NCBI GenBank assembly: GCA_965216875.1
Contig: OZ244207.1
Span: forward strand, 5,536,001 to 5,600,000
Direction: 5' to 3'
Origin: Rubripirellula sp.
GTDB taxonomy: Bacteria; Planctomycetota; Planctomycetia; Pirellulales; Pirellulaceae
Length of the DNA: 64,000 nt
A model generated the notes under the pieces. That model was not told the DNA's origin and made no database searches. It saw nothing but the letters and a program-made list of their open reading frames with translations. Both the position numbers and the translations under genes were made by a program. Shown piece after piece: positions 1-10,989 of the stretch. The stretch's first letter is position 1; every line of letters starts with the position of its first letter.

Positions 1-1499
1 TGATCTTCTTCGTATCCCTTGCCAATGTCGTGAACCAAGAGCGCCAGGTGCAGCAACCCCTTGTCATCCAAGCGACGATAGCGGCGTCCCATTCCGGTCG
101 TGTCGGTCTGCAATTCGGTCGCCGCTTCGACCGCACGAATGCTGTGCGCATCGACCGTGTACTTGTGATAAGCATTGAATTGCAGCAGACCACGCATACG
201 TTTGAATTCAGGAATCAACTGCTCGATCACCCGAAGTTCATGGAGTCGCCGCAGCAATTCGGCAAGCCGACCAGGTCGGCTGAGTAGCGACAGAAAGGCT
301 TCGATCGATTCCTGATCTGGCTTTGTCGGTTCTCGCTCCTGCATCGCAACCCGAATCGCTTGCCAAGTACGGTGCGAAATTCGTTTGCTGTGCTGATTGG
401 CCAAGCTCATGAGCCGCAACACATCGGGAAGGCTCTTCGCAAACTCATCAAGCGCTGCGGCGGGAACCCAAATGTGCGTCGGCCCCATACGAATGTTGTC
501 GTCGATCGTTCGTGAAAGAACCCTTTCAACAAGTCGCCCGGCCACTGGTCGGCCGCGTGAATCATCGGCAAAGAATGCGGCGGCATATCGAACGTTGCGC
601 GTGTTGTCGAAATAGTCCTGCATGAACTGTTCGACGGGCAACACACCCTCTGTCCCTTTGTAGCCCCATGCCTCGGCGATCTCCATTTGGGTCGAACGGT
701 CGAGAATGTCTTGGCTTTTCTTTTCTCGAAAGTGCAGTTCGTTGCGCAGCCGCAACATGAACTGATACGCTTGCCGCACTTGGCGATAGTCTTCTTCGGG
801 TAGAACGCCAAGCTTGATCAGTCGTTCGAGATCCGTTTCGCCGTAACGCGCGAAACCAATCCAACGGATCAATTGAATGTCACGAAGCGCGCCGCGTGAT
901 CGTTTGACATTGGGGCGAAGCAAGTAGTTGGTCTCGCCCCACTTTTGACGTTCTTCACGCCGAGCCGCGACCAAGTCACGAATCAGTTTCTTGCGACGCC
1001 GCATCGCACCATGGCGAAGCGATTGGAAGAACTTGCTGTAAAGTTGCAAACTTCCCGCCAGCAACCGAGATTCGGTGAGCGAGGAGAAGATCACCGGGTC
1101 GCCCCAGGAAAGTGTGCAAGCTTCTTCGGCGTTGCGAATGGAGAAACCAGGTTGGACCCCGGCATCCATCAGGTCGCGGGTCAGGTCGCCAGCGACCAGC
1201 TGTGCCAAACGTTCACTTCGTTTGGTCGTCAGCAGCATCAGGTCGGCGTCGGAGTAAGGCGCCAAGTCGCGACGTCCGAAACCGCCGTGGGCAACCAGGC
1301 AGAGTCCCCCCAGACGCTCGTCGGCAGCGTAGTCGCGTGTTGCCTCGCCCCACACATCCAAGACGACATCATCGTACAGGTCGGCCAGACGGGTCGACAC
1401 CTGCATGCCGGGCGAACCGGCCTCGTGCTGCTCTCGCGCTCGTTCACGACCTTCGCGAAGTCGCTCGCGACACCGGGTGACGACGGGTCGCATCGACAT
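1..1499 (-). CDS. glnD: [protein-PII] uridylyltransferase/uridylyl-removing enzyme; 3' end lies beyond the window
   Basis: Absent from the ORF track because it runs off the edge. Manual translation from the ATG at 1499 gives MSMRPVVTRCRERL..., the nucleotidyltransferase motif AHGGFGRRDLAPYSDADL, LLRPNVKRSRGALRD, QFNAYHKYTVDAH and the HD motif HDIGKG. It lies directly downstream of glnB. Confidence 0.93.
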   Translation of the reverse strand, partial: MSMRPVVTRCRERLREGRERAREQHEAGSPGMQVSTRLADLYDDVVLDVWGEATRDYAADERLGGLCLVAHGGFGRRDLAPYSDADLMLLTTKRSERLAQLVAGDLTRDLMDAGVQPGFSIRNAEEACTLSWGDPVIFSSLTESRLLAGSLQLYSKFFQSLRHGAMRRRKKLIRDLVAARREERQKWGETNYLLRPNVKRSRGALRDIQLIRWIGFARYGETDLERLIKLGVLPEEDYRQVRQAYQFMLRLRNELHFREKKSQDILDRSTQMEIAEAWGYKGTEGVLPVEQFMQDYFDNTRNVRYAAAFFADDSRGRPVAGRLVERVLSRTIDDNIRMGPTHIWVPAAALDEFAKSLPDVLRLMSLANQHSKRISHRTWQAIRVAMQEREPTKPDQESIEAFLSLLSRPGRLAELLRRLHELRVIEQLIPEFKRMRGLLQFNAYHKYTVDAHSIRAVEAATELQTDTTGMGRRYRRLDDKGLLHLALLVHDIGKGYEED

Positions 1500-1543
1500 G
1501 AAACAAGACCTATCGGTTCTGCGTTGCTAATCCGCGCCGCGAT

Positions 1544-1891
<348 letters not shown>

Positions 1892-2162
1892 TCAAGCAGT
1901 ATCAGTTGAGCACTCGGCGCGGACTTTTGAACCAAATTGCGCTGCTGGTTGAAAGGGCTTGCGGGCCAAACTTCGGCTTCTGCCAGCCGTCCGCATTGTA
2001 CACTTGCCGTGTCAATCAACCACCCGGGGCGACGACTCTAACGCCTATTCTTGACCAAGTCATGGGGCGAAAACTGGTCGCCGAAGGATTTCAGAGCGGT
2101 GCGTGAGCGTTTCACACGCGTTCGATCACGCACACAGCGGCCTCCAAACTGCCGCTATCACG

Positions 2163-2714
2163 CTAGTCGGGCCGATTCCACTCGAATTCCTTCGCGCCGG
2201 CAGCGTGATTGACCGATCGAGAGAGGACAAAAAGCAGGTCGCTGAGCCGATTCAAATAAACGATCACCGGTTCCGAAACTTCGTATCCCTCGCAGGACGC
2301 CATCGAAATCACACGCCGCTCGGCCCGCCGACAGACTCCTCGGGCCATGTGCAGGTGCGACGCCGCCGACACACCTCCAGGCAGAATGAATTGTCGCAGC
2401 GGTTCCAATTTGGCCTCGTGAACGTCGATCCATTGTTCCAAACGATCGATGTGAGCTTGATTGATGATCTGCATGTCATGCTTCGCCGGATTAGGCGTCG
2501 CCAGCTCAGCACCAATCGCAAACAACTCACATTGGATCTGGTGCAAGTAGCCATCGATTTCGTCCGAGAGGTCTTGCGACCGAGTCACACCTAAAACGGC
2601 ATTCAGTTCGTCAACCGTACCGTAGGCCTCGATCCGCGGATCATCCTTGCTGACACGCGGCCCCCCAAACAGACCGGTGCTACCAGAGTCTCCGGTGCGG
2701 GTATAAATCTTCAT
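2163..2714 (-). CDS. ATP:cob(I)alamin adenosyltransferase, PduO type
   Basis: MKIYTRTGDSGSTGL, YGTVDELN, RGVCRRAER and YLNRLSDLLF motifs. Confidence 0.93.
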   Translation of the reverse strand: MKIYTRTGDSGSTGLFGGPRVSKDDPRIEAYGTVDELNAVLGVTRSQDLSDEIDGYLHQIQCELFAIGAELATPNPAKHDMQIINQAHIDRLEQWIDVHEAKLEPLRQFILPGGVSAASHLHMARGVCRRAERRVISMASCEGYEVSEPVIVYLNRLSDLLFVLSRSVNHAAGAKEFEWNRPD

Positions 2715-2804
2715 CGGTTGGCGATCCTGGGAGGTCGAAAAGGCGTCTCGTGTGATGACACCAATAAGCTTACCGATTGGTCAAAGCCCAAACCGGAAAA
2801 CACC

Positions 2805-3266
2805 ATGAGTCAGATTCCAAACGAACCTGTGCGAGCGGCCGGCATTTTATTGATGCTCAAGCCAAACGACGCAACCGATCGCCCCACAAAGTTCCTGCTG
2901 ATGCGGCACAAGAATCGTTGGGACCTGCCCAAGGGTCATTGTGATGGCGATGAATCGTTCACCGAAACCGCACTACGCGAAACCGAGGAAGAGACGGGAA
3001 TCGCTCCCGATTCCATCACGTTGGCGTCGGACTTTCAGTTCGAACTGTCCTATCCCGTGAAGTACAAACGCCACGGCGGTGTGACCCTTCAGAAACAGGT
3101 GCGTTACTTCCTGGGTTTTCTCGATAGCGAGCCGACGTTGACTCTCACCGAACATCAGGGGTCGCAGTGGTTCGATTGGCAGCCGCCCCACAAGATCCAA
3201 GAGCAAACGATCGACCCCCTTCTCGCCGCGGCCGCCAAGTACCTCAACGGTGACCAAGACGCATAG
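2805..3266 (+). CDS. NUDIX hydrolase, Ap4A hydrolase-like
   Basis: Nudix box GHCDGDESFTETALRETEEETG preceded by RAAG and WDLPKG. The ATG at 2805 is preferred over the ORF-track start at 2718. Confidence 0.88.
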   Translation: MSQIPNEPVRAAGILLMLKPNDATDRPTKFLLMRHKNRWDLPKGHCDGDESFTETALRETEEETGIAPDSITLASDFQFELSYPVKYKRHGGVTLQKQVRYFLGFLDSEPTLTLTEHQGSQWFDWQPPHKIQEQTIDPLLAAAAKYLNGDQDA

Positions 3267-3286
3267 GTGTGTGCTTGCGCGATCAG

Positions 3287-3351
3287 CGTTAGTCGTCCCG
3301 CCTTTTGGGGCGGAAGAACCTGAAGATTCCGGCTAAAGCTCGGTACTACGA
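3287..3351. repeat. REP-like family B copy
   Basis: AAGATTCCGGCTAAAGCTCGGTACTACGA is identical to the core at about 32763-32792. Confidence 0.78.
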
Positions 3352-3379
3352 TCGAGCGGCTCACGATTGCGAGACCGGG

Positions 3380-4996
3380 TTAGTACTGCGCCCCAAGCAC
3401 TTTCAATTCGAACTTGCCGACCGCGTCAATCGTGGTTTGAAACAATGCAACCTCGTCACGATCCGACAAATCACTCGTCGTGAATGTCAAACGACCCGCT
3501 GCGGCCGGCTTGCCCGTCGTTGCATCCAACGCCAGCCACTGGTCACCCGCATGCGCCAGCGTCCAGGCGTGGAATTCCATCGAGGCATCCTGTCCCTCGT
3601 CGTCACCGGGACGATAGGCCAATCCCACGGCGATGCGAGCCGGAATCTGACGAGCCCTCAAGAGAGCGGCCAACAAGATCGCTTGTTCAACACAATCCCC
3701 TTCGGCAAGGTTGGCAACGTCGGAGGCTCGTGAGACGCCTTCAAAGTGGTCCTTCGTGCTAATCAAGGAATGGGCAGTCGCGGCAAGCTCCACGGCGACA
3801 TCCTTGTCCGACATGGTCGAATTACTACGAATGGCAGCGGTGACGATACGACGAATCATCGGGGCGCCCGAGTCAACCAGGGCGCTTGCTTTGCGATCCG
3901 CGCCGGTCGGGGGAAGGTCTACGGTCTCAAACCCCTTGCCGACGGTTTCTTCGCGGCGACTGACCAATACCTGAAGGCTGCCATCATCGCGCCGGCGAAT
4001 GTACTGCTGAGGTGCTGGGCCAAGCTCAAACGGTTCCGGTGACCGCAGATTCGATTTGGTCGGCGTGAGCTGGTAGGCAACTCGCTTGGCGTTCTCATGC
4101 TTGTCTAAGTCACCTTCAACAGCAAACGAGACAAGGCGAACCTGATCTTCGGGTCGGTTCAAACCTTCGGTGGCTGAGGACTGATCGGTGCGAAAAGTGA
4201 TCATGTCATAGCCGGGCCAATAGGTCCTGCGGATCGAACCCTCGGCGTTGGCCCAAATCACCCATCGATTGATCGATTCGTCGGCAACACTCTCGCAGTG
4301 GATTTCCAGCAACTTTTCTGATTTGCCGTTCATCATTGGAACGGAGGCTTCGATGTCACATTGCATCGAAACGGTTGCGACCAGGTTTTCAACCGGCACC
4401 AACATCTTCAACGTCCTGCGATCGCCCAAACCGATGGGCTTGCGCCGCAGGGACTGTTCCACCGCCAAAAGCCCACGGTTCTCGGGCAACCAGTCCAACG
4501 TGGCCGAGGTACGTTCTTTGCCGCGCACCGTCTCGACGGACAACTTCCCGTCGGCAACGCTGCCCGTATGCCGTGTCCTAAGAGGCCCGATCAAGAGATT
4601 GGTTTGGTATTCGATAAGTTGGCCAGCATCCGTTTCCGTGCTGACCTGGTTAAGCCTTTGGATCAAAGTTGTCGGCCCGCGATGGATCTTTAAATAGTTG
4701 TCGACTTGATAGCGCACGTCGGGCAACTTCATGTCCAAGGCATTCCGTCGCGTTTTTTCAGCAACGATGTGACTGTACCCAACGTGCTTGCCGCGGACGA
4801 AGTACGCCTCCCACGTCTCCCAATTGCCTGGGAATGATGCGCCGGGCGATTCGACGATCACGTCATCCAGCTCGGCCTGGGTCGCATCATCCTGTTCTGG
4901 TGTGACAGGCTTGAGCGGCGGTCGCGAGGGAATGTCGCAACCAATCACGATCAGGGCCAAGGCGACGGCAACACAGGGTTTTAAAGAGAGGGTCAT
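3380..4996 (-). CDS. Transglutaminase-like domain protein, probable lipoprotein
   Basis: C-terminal GDCVEQAILLAALLRARQIPARIAVG, HAW and LDAT (Cys-His-Asp triad). The N-terminal hydrophobic stretch ends in IVIGC. Start uncertain. Confidence 0.82.
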   Translation of the reverse strand: MTLSLKPCVAVALALIVIGCDIPSRPPLKPVTPEQDDATQAELDDVIVESPGASFPGNWETWEAYFVRGKHVGYSHIVAEKTRRNALDMKLPDVRYQVDNYLKIHRGPTTLIQRLNQVSTETDAGQLIEYQTNLLIGPLRTRHTGSVADGKLSVETVRGKERTSATLDWLPENRGLLAVEQSLRRKPIGLGDRRTLKMLVPVENLVATVSMQCDIEASVPMMNGKSEKLLEIHCESVADESINRWVIWANAEGSIRRTYWPGYDMITFRTDQSSATEGLNRPEDQVRLVSFAVEGDLDKHENAKRVAYQLTPTKSNLRSPEPFELGPAPQQYIRRRDDGSLQVLVSRREETVGKGFETVDLPPTGADRKASALVDSGAPMIRRIVTAAIRSNSTMSDKDVAVELAATAHSLISTKDHFEGVSRASDVANLAEGDCVEQAILLAALLRARQIPARIAVGLAYRPGDDEGQDASMEFHAWTLAHAGDQWLALDATTGKPAAAGRLTFTTSDLSDRDEVALFQTTIDAVGKFELKVLGAQY

Positions 4997-5462
4997 TTCA
5001 AAAAGGTCTTCGACCAAACAACGGATGTCGGTTTGACGGCGCGACGAACCCGATAAGAGCGACACGACGAAAGCACGACGGTCAATTGCGGATAAGGATT
5101 CGTCGTTTCGGCTAGCGGTTAACCGATGCTGATTGCGGTTGTCGACAAGAGTGAATGCAGTGCAGGGCGCAATCGCTTCCGAGCATTGTAACCTGAGGCA
5201 GCAAATGTTGCCCGAAAACAACAGCATGTCGATTCTATGCGCGGTCCGGTTACAACGGCTCTGCCAGCTAAGGCACCTTTGACGGGGATTCCGGCGTTTT
5301 TCATCGGCCTTCCCGCAACGTCAGATTGGTTTGTGTCACCACGTCTCAGAAGTGACCTAGCGTTGGGGTGTAAGAGATTGACCGAGAGGTCGAAGCGGTG
5401 AAATTGCACAAACCGCATCCACCGCACGATTCCCCAGTAGTGCAGCAAGACCGAGATACGAC

Positions 5463-6167
5463 ATGGGTTTTCTGAAACGCATCCTTCGCAATGGTATCAG
5501 TGATGACGCGACTCGCGCAGCAAGCAATGGCAGCTTTGAATCGCTGACCGACGAAGAACTGCAGGCCCACATGGGGATCTCCAGTTATGGCGTGTTTGAC
5601 CTGACCGATGCCATCCGCCCGTCCTATGACTTGCAGATCGTGCCTCGCCAAGGCTTCCGTCACGATGAGTACGTTGACGAAAATAGCGGCAACAACACAC
5701 CCGTGATCATGGCTTCGGCCACGAGCCACCAATTGATGGATCTGTTTCTAGAATTGATCGAGCCGCTGGGGGCTGTAGTCGATGTCGTTCTGGAATCGAG
5801 CCATCGCATTGGCGGCGAACACGAGGACCTGTACCGCGAACACATCGACATGCCGGTGCTCAAGAGCATCTTGCTTGAATTCGAAGACTTGCTGCTTAAC
5901 GACGGATGCACTGGCATCGCCGTGATCAATCCGGCCAAACGCCAAGAAGTGCAACTGGACGAGCACAAGCTGTTGATCATGTACGGCCAACCGCTCAGCT
6001 CGTTCGAGTCCGTTCTGATTGGCAACGATGTCTATCCAGACGAAGAGCTTCAATTCATCACCGAAGCCGAGCACGTCCACAGCAGCAGCGAGCGACTGTA
6101 CGACCAATTCAACGTACTCAAGACTCGCCTTGGCATGGACAGCGAAGAAATGGCTGGCTCGTGGTAG
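5463..6167 (+). CDS. Hypothetical acidic cytoplasmic protein
   Basis: 234 aa ORF with ATG start and protein-like composition that fills the gap between genes. No family recognised. Confidence 0.75.
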   Translation: MGFLKRILRNGISDDATRAASNGSFESLTDEELQAHMGISSYGVFDLTDAIRPSYDLQIVPRQGFRHDEYVDENSGNNTPVIMASATSHQLMDLFLELIEPLGAVVDVVLESSHRIGGEHEDLYREHIDMPVLKSILLEFEDLLLNDGCTGIAVINPAKRQEVQLDEHKLLIMYGQPLSSFESVLIGNDVYPDEELQFITEAEHVHSSSERLYDQFNVLKTRLGMDSEEMAGSW

Positions 6168-6306
6168 GCCGAAGAGGTAGCCCAACGTAGCTGCCCAAAA
6201 TGGCTCCTCAGGAATGGATCGCCAATTCGACGAGGCCTTACGGCTCACAGCTCACGGGGATATGATCGGCCTCTCTGTCCGATCACCGCAACCCGCGTTT
6301 GTTTAG

Positions 6307-6834
6307 ATGATTCTGGTACTCAGCGCAAGCCTTCACCCCACCAGTCGCAGCCGTCTTTTGGGCCGCGCCTCGTTTGACGTGCTGTCGAAATCCGGCAGCG
6401 AAGCCGAGTGGTTTGATCTTGCCGAAAACCCATTACCACTCTGTGATGGTGCCACAGCCTATGGCGACCCAAACGTCATCAAACTGGGTGAGTTGGTGAC
6501 CGCCGCCGATGGGATCCTGATTGCCTCGCCTGTCTACAACTACGACGTCAACGCCGCAGCAAAGAACGCCGTTGAATTAACCGGCCGCGCCTGGACCGGC
6601 AAAGTGGTCGGAATGATGTTGGCCGCTGGTGGCCAAGGAAGCTACATGTCGCCGATGGGATTGGCCAACAGCCTCATGCTCGATTTCCGCTGCATCGTGC
6701 TGCCAAAGTTTGTCTACGCCACTGGCGAATCGTTCGAAGGCGATCAGCTTGCCGACGACGAGATTCAAGGACGTGTCGAGGAAATGACACAAGAGCTTGT
6801 ACGGGTCTCTACCGCGCTTGCAACGAACCAGTAG
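6307..6834 (+). CDS. NADPH-dependent FMN reductase, flavodoxin-like fold
   Basis: SASLHPTSRSRLL phosphate loop and ADGILIASPVYNY...KNAVE motif. Confidence 0.88.
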   Translation: MILVLSASLHPTSRSRLLGRASFDVLSKSGSEAEWFDLAENPLPLCDGATAYGDPNVIKLGELVTAADGILIASPVYNYDVNAAAKNAVELTGRAWTGKVVGMMLAAGGQGSYMSPMGLANSLMLDFRCIVLPKFVYATGESFEGDQLADDEIQGRVEEMTQELVRVSTALATNQ

Positions 6835-6897
6835 CGTTGTGGTCCCGGCTTTTGAGAGGAGCCCGGCCAAGCCGGTACGACCAACGGCTCCACGCGC

Positions 6898-7506
6898 TCA
6901 TTGGCGATAGAGCCCCTTTGCCGAAATCAACGCTTCGACCGAGCGAGGCGTTCTATAACGAATGCTTCGTTTGCGTGCGATTCGACTCCGCAGTTCGCTA
7001 CTGGAAATCTCGATCAGTGGCATCTTCAGTTCGTTGCTCCGAATTCGTTGAATGTGATCCGGATCGGTCAAACTTTCCAAGACGGAATAGTCGAGTTCGG
7101 CCTCGCCACCGCGGCGCACCACCGATAGCGATGCGAGCTGCAACAGCTCCTGTGGCCGCTCCCATTTCTCGATCGTCGCCAGCGAATCGCCGCCGATGAT
7201 CAAAAACAACTCGTCGTCGGCGTATTCCGCTTTGAGTTCGCCGAACGTGTCGACGGTGTAGCTGACGTCACCTCGCTTGATCTCGCGATCGTCGACTTCG
7301 TGTTTTTCGTCGCCTGAAATTGCCAGACGAACCATTTCCAATCGATCATCGCTGCTGGCCGTCGCGCCGTGCAATTTCAGTGGCGAGGTCGCGGCCGGAA
7401 TCCAAATCATCTTGTGCAGGTCGAGATGTTCGATCGCCGATTCAGCGATCCAAAGATGGCCGATGTGGATCGGGTCAAACGACCCGCCAAAAATTCCGAT
7501 TCGCAT
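6898..7506 (-). CDS. nadD: Nicotinate-nucleotide adenylyltransferase
   Basis: MRIGIFGGSFDPIHIGH (HxGH), SYTVDT, IIGGDS and ISSSELR motifs. Confidence 0.95.
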   Translation of the reverse strand: MRIGIFGGSFDPIHIGHLWIAESAIEHLDLHKMIWIPAATSPLKLHGATASSDDRLEMVRLAISGDEKHEVDDREIKRGDVSYTVDTFGELKAEYADDELFLIIGGDSLATIEKWERPQELLQLASLSVVRRGGEAELDYSVLESLTDPDHIQRIRSNELKMPLIEISSSELRSRIARKRSIRYRTPRSVEALISAKGLYRQ

Positions 7507-7637
7507 ACTTTCCCTTTCGAGATCCGAGCGGTTCTCAGGTGGAGCCCGCTCCGATGTGACCAAACGTGTCCCAGCGACGGCGACAATTCCAAGCGGATTT
7601 GCAATTCACCCTTCTTCGCATCAACGGGGCATCCACT

Positions 7638-10109
7638 ATGTTGACGGATAACACGCCCGACACCAATCAGCCCTTTGTTGCGCCCTCAATGCCCGACTCG
7701 AATTCGTCACCGCACGATGACCTTGGACCGCTGGGAATCCCAGCCGACCACCCGTCAGAGTCCAAGCGGGAGGAAGAGGGCAAAAACCAAACCTCGGGCC
7801 AAGCTCCCGGCCAATCCCCAGCCCAGGGTGAGCTTTTTGAGACCCAGCCGCCTCCGTGGGAATTAGCGGTCGAAGACGATGTCGCGGTGGCATCGGTCGT
7901 CTTTAGTGAGGCGCCGCACGGTCCGCTCGACTACCGGATTCCCGACTCGCTGCGAAACGAACTCGAACCGGGCATGCGGGTCCGCGTGCCGCTCGGTCGT
8001 CGCAAGAAATTGATGTCGGGCTGGTGTATCGACACCAAGCTTGGTTCGTCCATGCATCGATCCCTTCGTGACGTTGCCGAAGTGTTGGATGAAATCCCAC
8101 TTTGTGACCCGCCGCTGGTTCGCTTGGTGACTTGGATCAGTTACTACTACCAAGCGCCGGCCGGCCAGGTGTTTGATACGCTCGTTCCGTCCAGTGTCCG
8201 GGCGAATGCCGGAACAAGAGAGCGAAACTACCTGGCCCCTAATCATCAAGCCATTGACGACGACGTGATCGAGAAGTTGCCCAAAAAGCAACAAGCCGCT
8301 TTGCGTTTTCTGATCGCCGCCGGTCGCCCAATGACCGCCGCCCAACTGACGGTCGAGGCGGGTTGTACCAACGATCCGATTCGCCGACTCAAAGCCAAAG
8401 GGTTGGTGAAGGTCGAGGTCCGACGCGAAATGACCTCGGGCATGTCCAATCGCTGGCAAAAAGATGACGGCGAGAGCGAAAAGAACCACGTCCTTTCAGA
8501 CGATCAATCCACAGCACTCGGCACGATTGTCAGTGCGGTTGATTCGGGCAAAGGCAAAACGCTGCTTTTGCATGGCGTCACCGGCAGCGGTAAGACCGAA
8601 GTCTACATTCGAGCAATCGAACACATCGTCAAGTTCGGTCGCGGCGCGATTGTCTTGGTTCCCGAAATCAGCTTGACGCCTCAGACGCGCGGGCGTTTTG
8701 AACGCCGATTCGAATCGGTCGCCGTCCTGCACAGTCAAATGACGCCATCGGAACGCCACTTTCAATGGCAGCGTATTCGTCGTGGTGAAGTCCAGGTGGT
8801 CGTTGGGCCTCGTAGTGCCGTTTTCGCTCCCCTGCCCCACCTCGGTTTGATCATCATCGATGAAGAACATGATGGATCGTTCAAACAGGACTCCCAACCT
8901 CGCTATCACGCGCGGAAGGTCGCCCACGCGCGGGCAATGTCGCTAAACATCCCACTTGTCCTTGGTACCGCAACGCCATCGATGGAATCGTGGTTCGCCA
9001 CCCAAACGGGACACGCGGAACTGATTTCAATGCCCGGGCGAATCAATGACCGCCCAATGCCCGATGTTCAACTGGTTGACCTTCGGGTCCGCGATGATCG
9101 CACTTCGGGAGCCATCAGCCGGCCACTTCACGCGGCGGTTCAGCAGACGCTGGATGAAAAGGGGCAAGTCATCTTGCTGTTGAACCGTCGCGGTTTTGCA
9201 ACCACAATCCAATGCCCTGCCTGCGGGCATGTCGTTGCCTGTCCCGATTGCGACCTGCCGCTCACGCATCACCGTGACGGCGGTAAAGCAGTGTGCCACT
9301 ACTGTGACTACACCATTGCCACGCCACCTTGGTGTCCCGTTTGTCGCTTCGATGGCATTCGTTACGGCGGACTGGGGACTCAAAAACTTGAGGTCGAAGT
9401 CAAAGCTCGGTTTCCCAACGCGCGCGTCGCCCGCATGGACAGCGACACGATGCGACGGCCGGGAAGCCATCAACGTGTTTTGTCTTCGTTTCGCGGAGGC
9501 AAAGTCGACATCCTGCTTGGCACTCAAATGATTGCCAAAGGTCTCGACTTTCCCAATGTGCTGTTGGTCGGCGTGATCAACGCGGATGGTGCCCTTCACT
9601 TCCCCGATTTCCGCGCCGCCGAACGCACGTTTCAGCTTGTCACACAAGTCGCTGGCCGAACCGGTCGCGGCGATCGAGGTGGCCGCGTGATTGTGCAAAC
9701 ATTTTCACCCGAACACCCAGCGATTCAAGCTGCCTCGCGCCACGACTACGAAATGTTCGCCTCGACCGAGATGACCAATCGGCGCAAGTTCAACTACCCG
9801 CCACTTGGGAGCGTTGGCCGGATCATCATCCGAGGCGTGATCGAAGAGGTGACCGAAGCGGTCGCCGATTCACTCGTTGCGCGACTCGAAGGGGCGCGCG
9901 AGGCATTGGGCGTCGAAGTTCGAATCCTCGGACCAGCGCCACCGCCGATTGCCAAACTACGCGGCAAATTTCGTTTTCACATCCTGCTGCAATCAAAGGA
10001 TCCCACCGAGCTGGGCAACACGATCCGCCGAGCAACGGAATCCTTCACGATTCCCGACAAAGATGATGTCCAGTACGTCGTCGATATCGACCCGATGGAC
10101 ATGCTGTAA
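7638..10109 (+). CDS. priA: Primosomal protein N' (replication restart helicase)
   Basis: HGVTGSGKTEVY, IIDEEHD, LLNRRGF, Cys zinc cluster, GTQMIAKGLDFPNV, QVAGRTGR and C-terminal DIDP. Start uncertain. Confidence 0.96.
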   Translation: MLTDNTPDTNQPFVAPSMPDSNSSPHDDLGPLGIPADHPSESKREEEGKNQTSGQAPGQSPAQGELFETQPPPWELAVEDDVAVASVVFSEAPHGPLDYRIPDSLRNELEPGMRVRVPLGRRKKLMSGWCIDTKLGSSMHRSLRDVAEVLDEIPLCDPPLVRLVTWISYYYQAPAGQVFDTLVPSSVRANAGTRERNYLAPNHQAIDDDVIEKLPKKQQAALRFLIAAGRPMTAAQLTVEAGCTNDPIRRLKAKGLVKVEVRREMTSGMSNRWQKDDGESEKNHVLSDDQSTALGTIVSAVDSGKGKTLLLHGVTGSGKTEVYIRAIEHIVKFGRGAIVLVPEISLTPQTRGRFERRFESVAVLHSQMTPSERHFQWQRIRRGEVQVVVGPRSAVFAPLPHLGLIIIDEEHDGSFKQDSQPRYHARKVAHARAMSLNIPLVLGTATPSMESWFATQTGHAELISMPGRINDRPMPDVQLVDLRVRDDRTSGAISRPLHAAVQQTLDEKGQVILLLNRRGFATTIQCPACGHVVACPDCDLPLTHHRDGGKAVCHYCDYTIATPPWCPVCRFDGIRYGGLGTQKLEVEVKARFPNARVARMDSDTMRRPGSHQRVLSSFRGGKVDILLGTQMIAKGLDFPNVLLVGVINADGALHFPDFRAAERTFQLVTQVAGRTGRGDRGGRVIVQTFSPEHPAIQAASRHDYEMFASTEMTNRRKFNYPPLGSVGRIIIRGVIEEVTEAVADSLVARLEGAREALGVEVRILGPAPPPIAKLRGKFRFHILLQSKDPTELGNTIRRATESFTIPDKDDVQYVVDIDPMDML

Positions 10110-10143
10110 GCACAGCACTTCCTGGTGCGTCTATCACGAAAGC

Positions 10144-10791
10144 CTAGGGTTCCAACCGTTCGATGCGCCAGGAACCATCGTCGCAGAGCGCATAGTTGAT
10201 CCGATCGTGCATTCGGCTTGGGCGGCCTTGCCAGAATTCGAAGCGAGTTGGCGACACTTCATATCCACCCCAATGCTCAGGCCGCGGCACTTCGTTGTCA
10301 CCATATTCGGCTTCAACTTCAGCCATCCGCGCGTCGAGTTCCTCGCGACTTGCAACGACGGCCGACTGCCGACTCGCGTGAGCCCCCAACCGGCTGCCCC
10401 GAGGACGTGATTGAAAGTAGTCGTCCGAGTTCGCAGAATCGGTTTTCGACGCCGCCCCCTCAATGCGAACCTGGCGTTCGAGGTGCGGCCAAAAGAAGCA
10501 AAGAGCGACACTTGGATTGGCTCCGATTTCGACACCCTTGTCCGAAGCGTAGTTGGTGTAAAAGTAGAGATGCTTCTCCTCGATGCCCTTGAGCAACACG
10601 ATGCGCGAGGAGACCCCCCCAGTAGCATTGACGGTCGAGAGCGTCATGGCGTTGACCTCGAGCCATTCGGGCAAATCCGATTGGCGGGCCGCATCAAACC
10701 ACGTTTGAAACTGAACCATTGGGTCGCTGTGGATGTCTTTCTCAAGAAGGCCATCTCTCATATAGGCCCTCCGCATTTGATCAATCGTCAT
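10144..10791 (-). CDS. pdxH: Pyridoxine/pyridoxamine 5'-phosphate oxidase
   Basis: NAMTLST, RIVLLK, FYTNYASDKG, RQVRIEG, YFQSRPRGS and EFWQGRPSRMHDR motifs. Confidence 0.95.
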   Translation of the reverse strand: MTIDQMRRAYMRDGLLEKDIHSDPMVQFQTWFDAARQSDLPEWLEVNAMTLSTVNATGGVSSRIVLLKGIEEKHLYFYTNYASDKGVEIGANPSVALCFFWPHLERQVRIEGAASKTDSANSDDYFQSRPRGSRLGAHASRQSAVVASREELDARMAEVEAEYGDNEVPRPEHWGGYEVSPTRFEFWQGRPSRMHDRINYALCDDGSWRIERLEP

Positions 10792-10989
10792 TTTGGACCG
10801 TTTCTGTGCGTTGACCGTGATAAACAAGACCCGCACGGGATCTTTCCTTTAGGGGATTTTGGCGCGCCGCTTGCCTATTCAGTATTGGGCAAACGGGCGC
10901 TGCCAAATTGACAGGCTAAACGTCTCGCTGCGTCGCGGCTAGAGATTTGTCGTTTCTGCCAACCATCCAACCGCAACTCACTGCTTGCT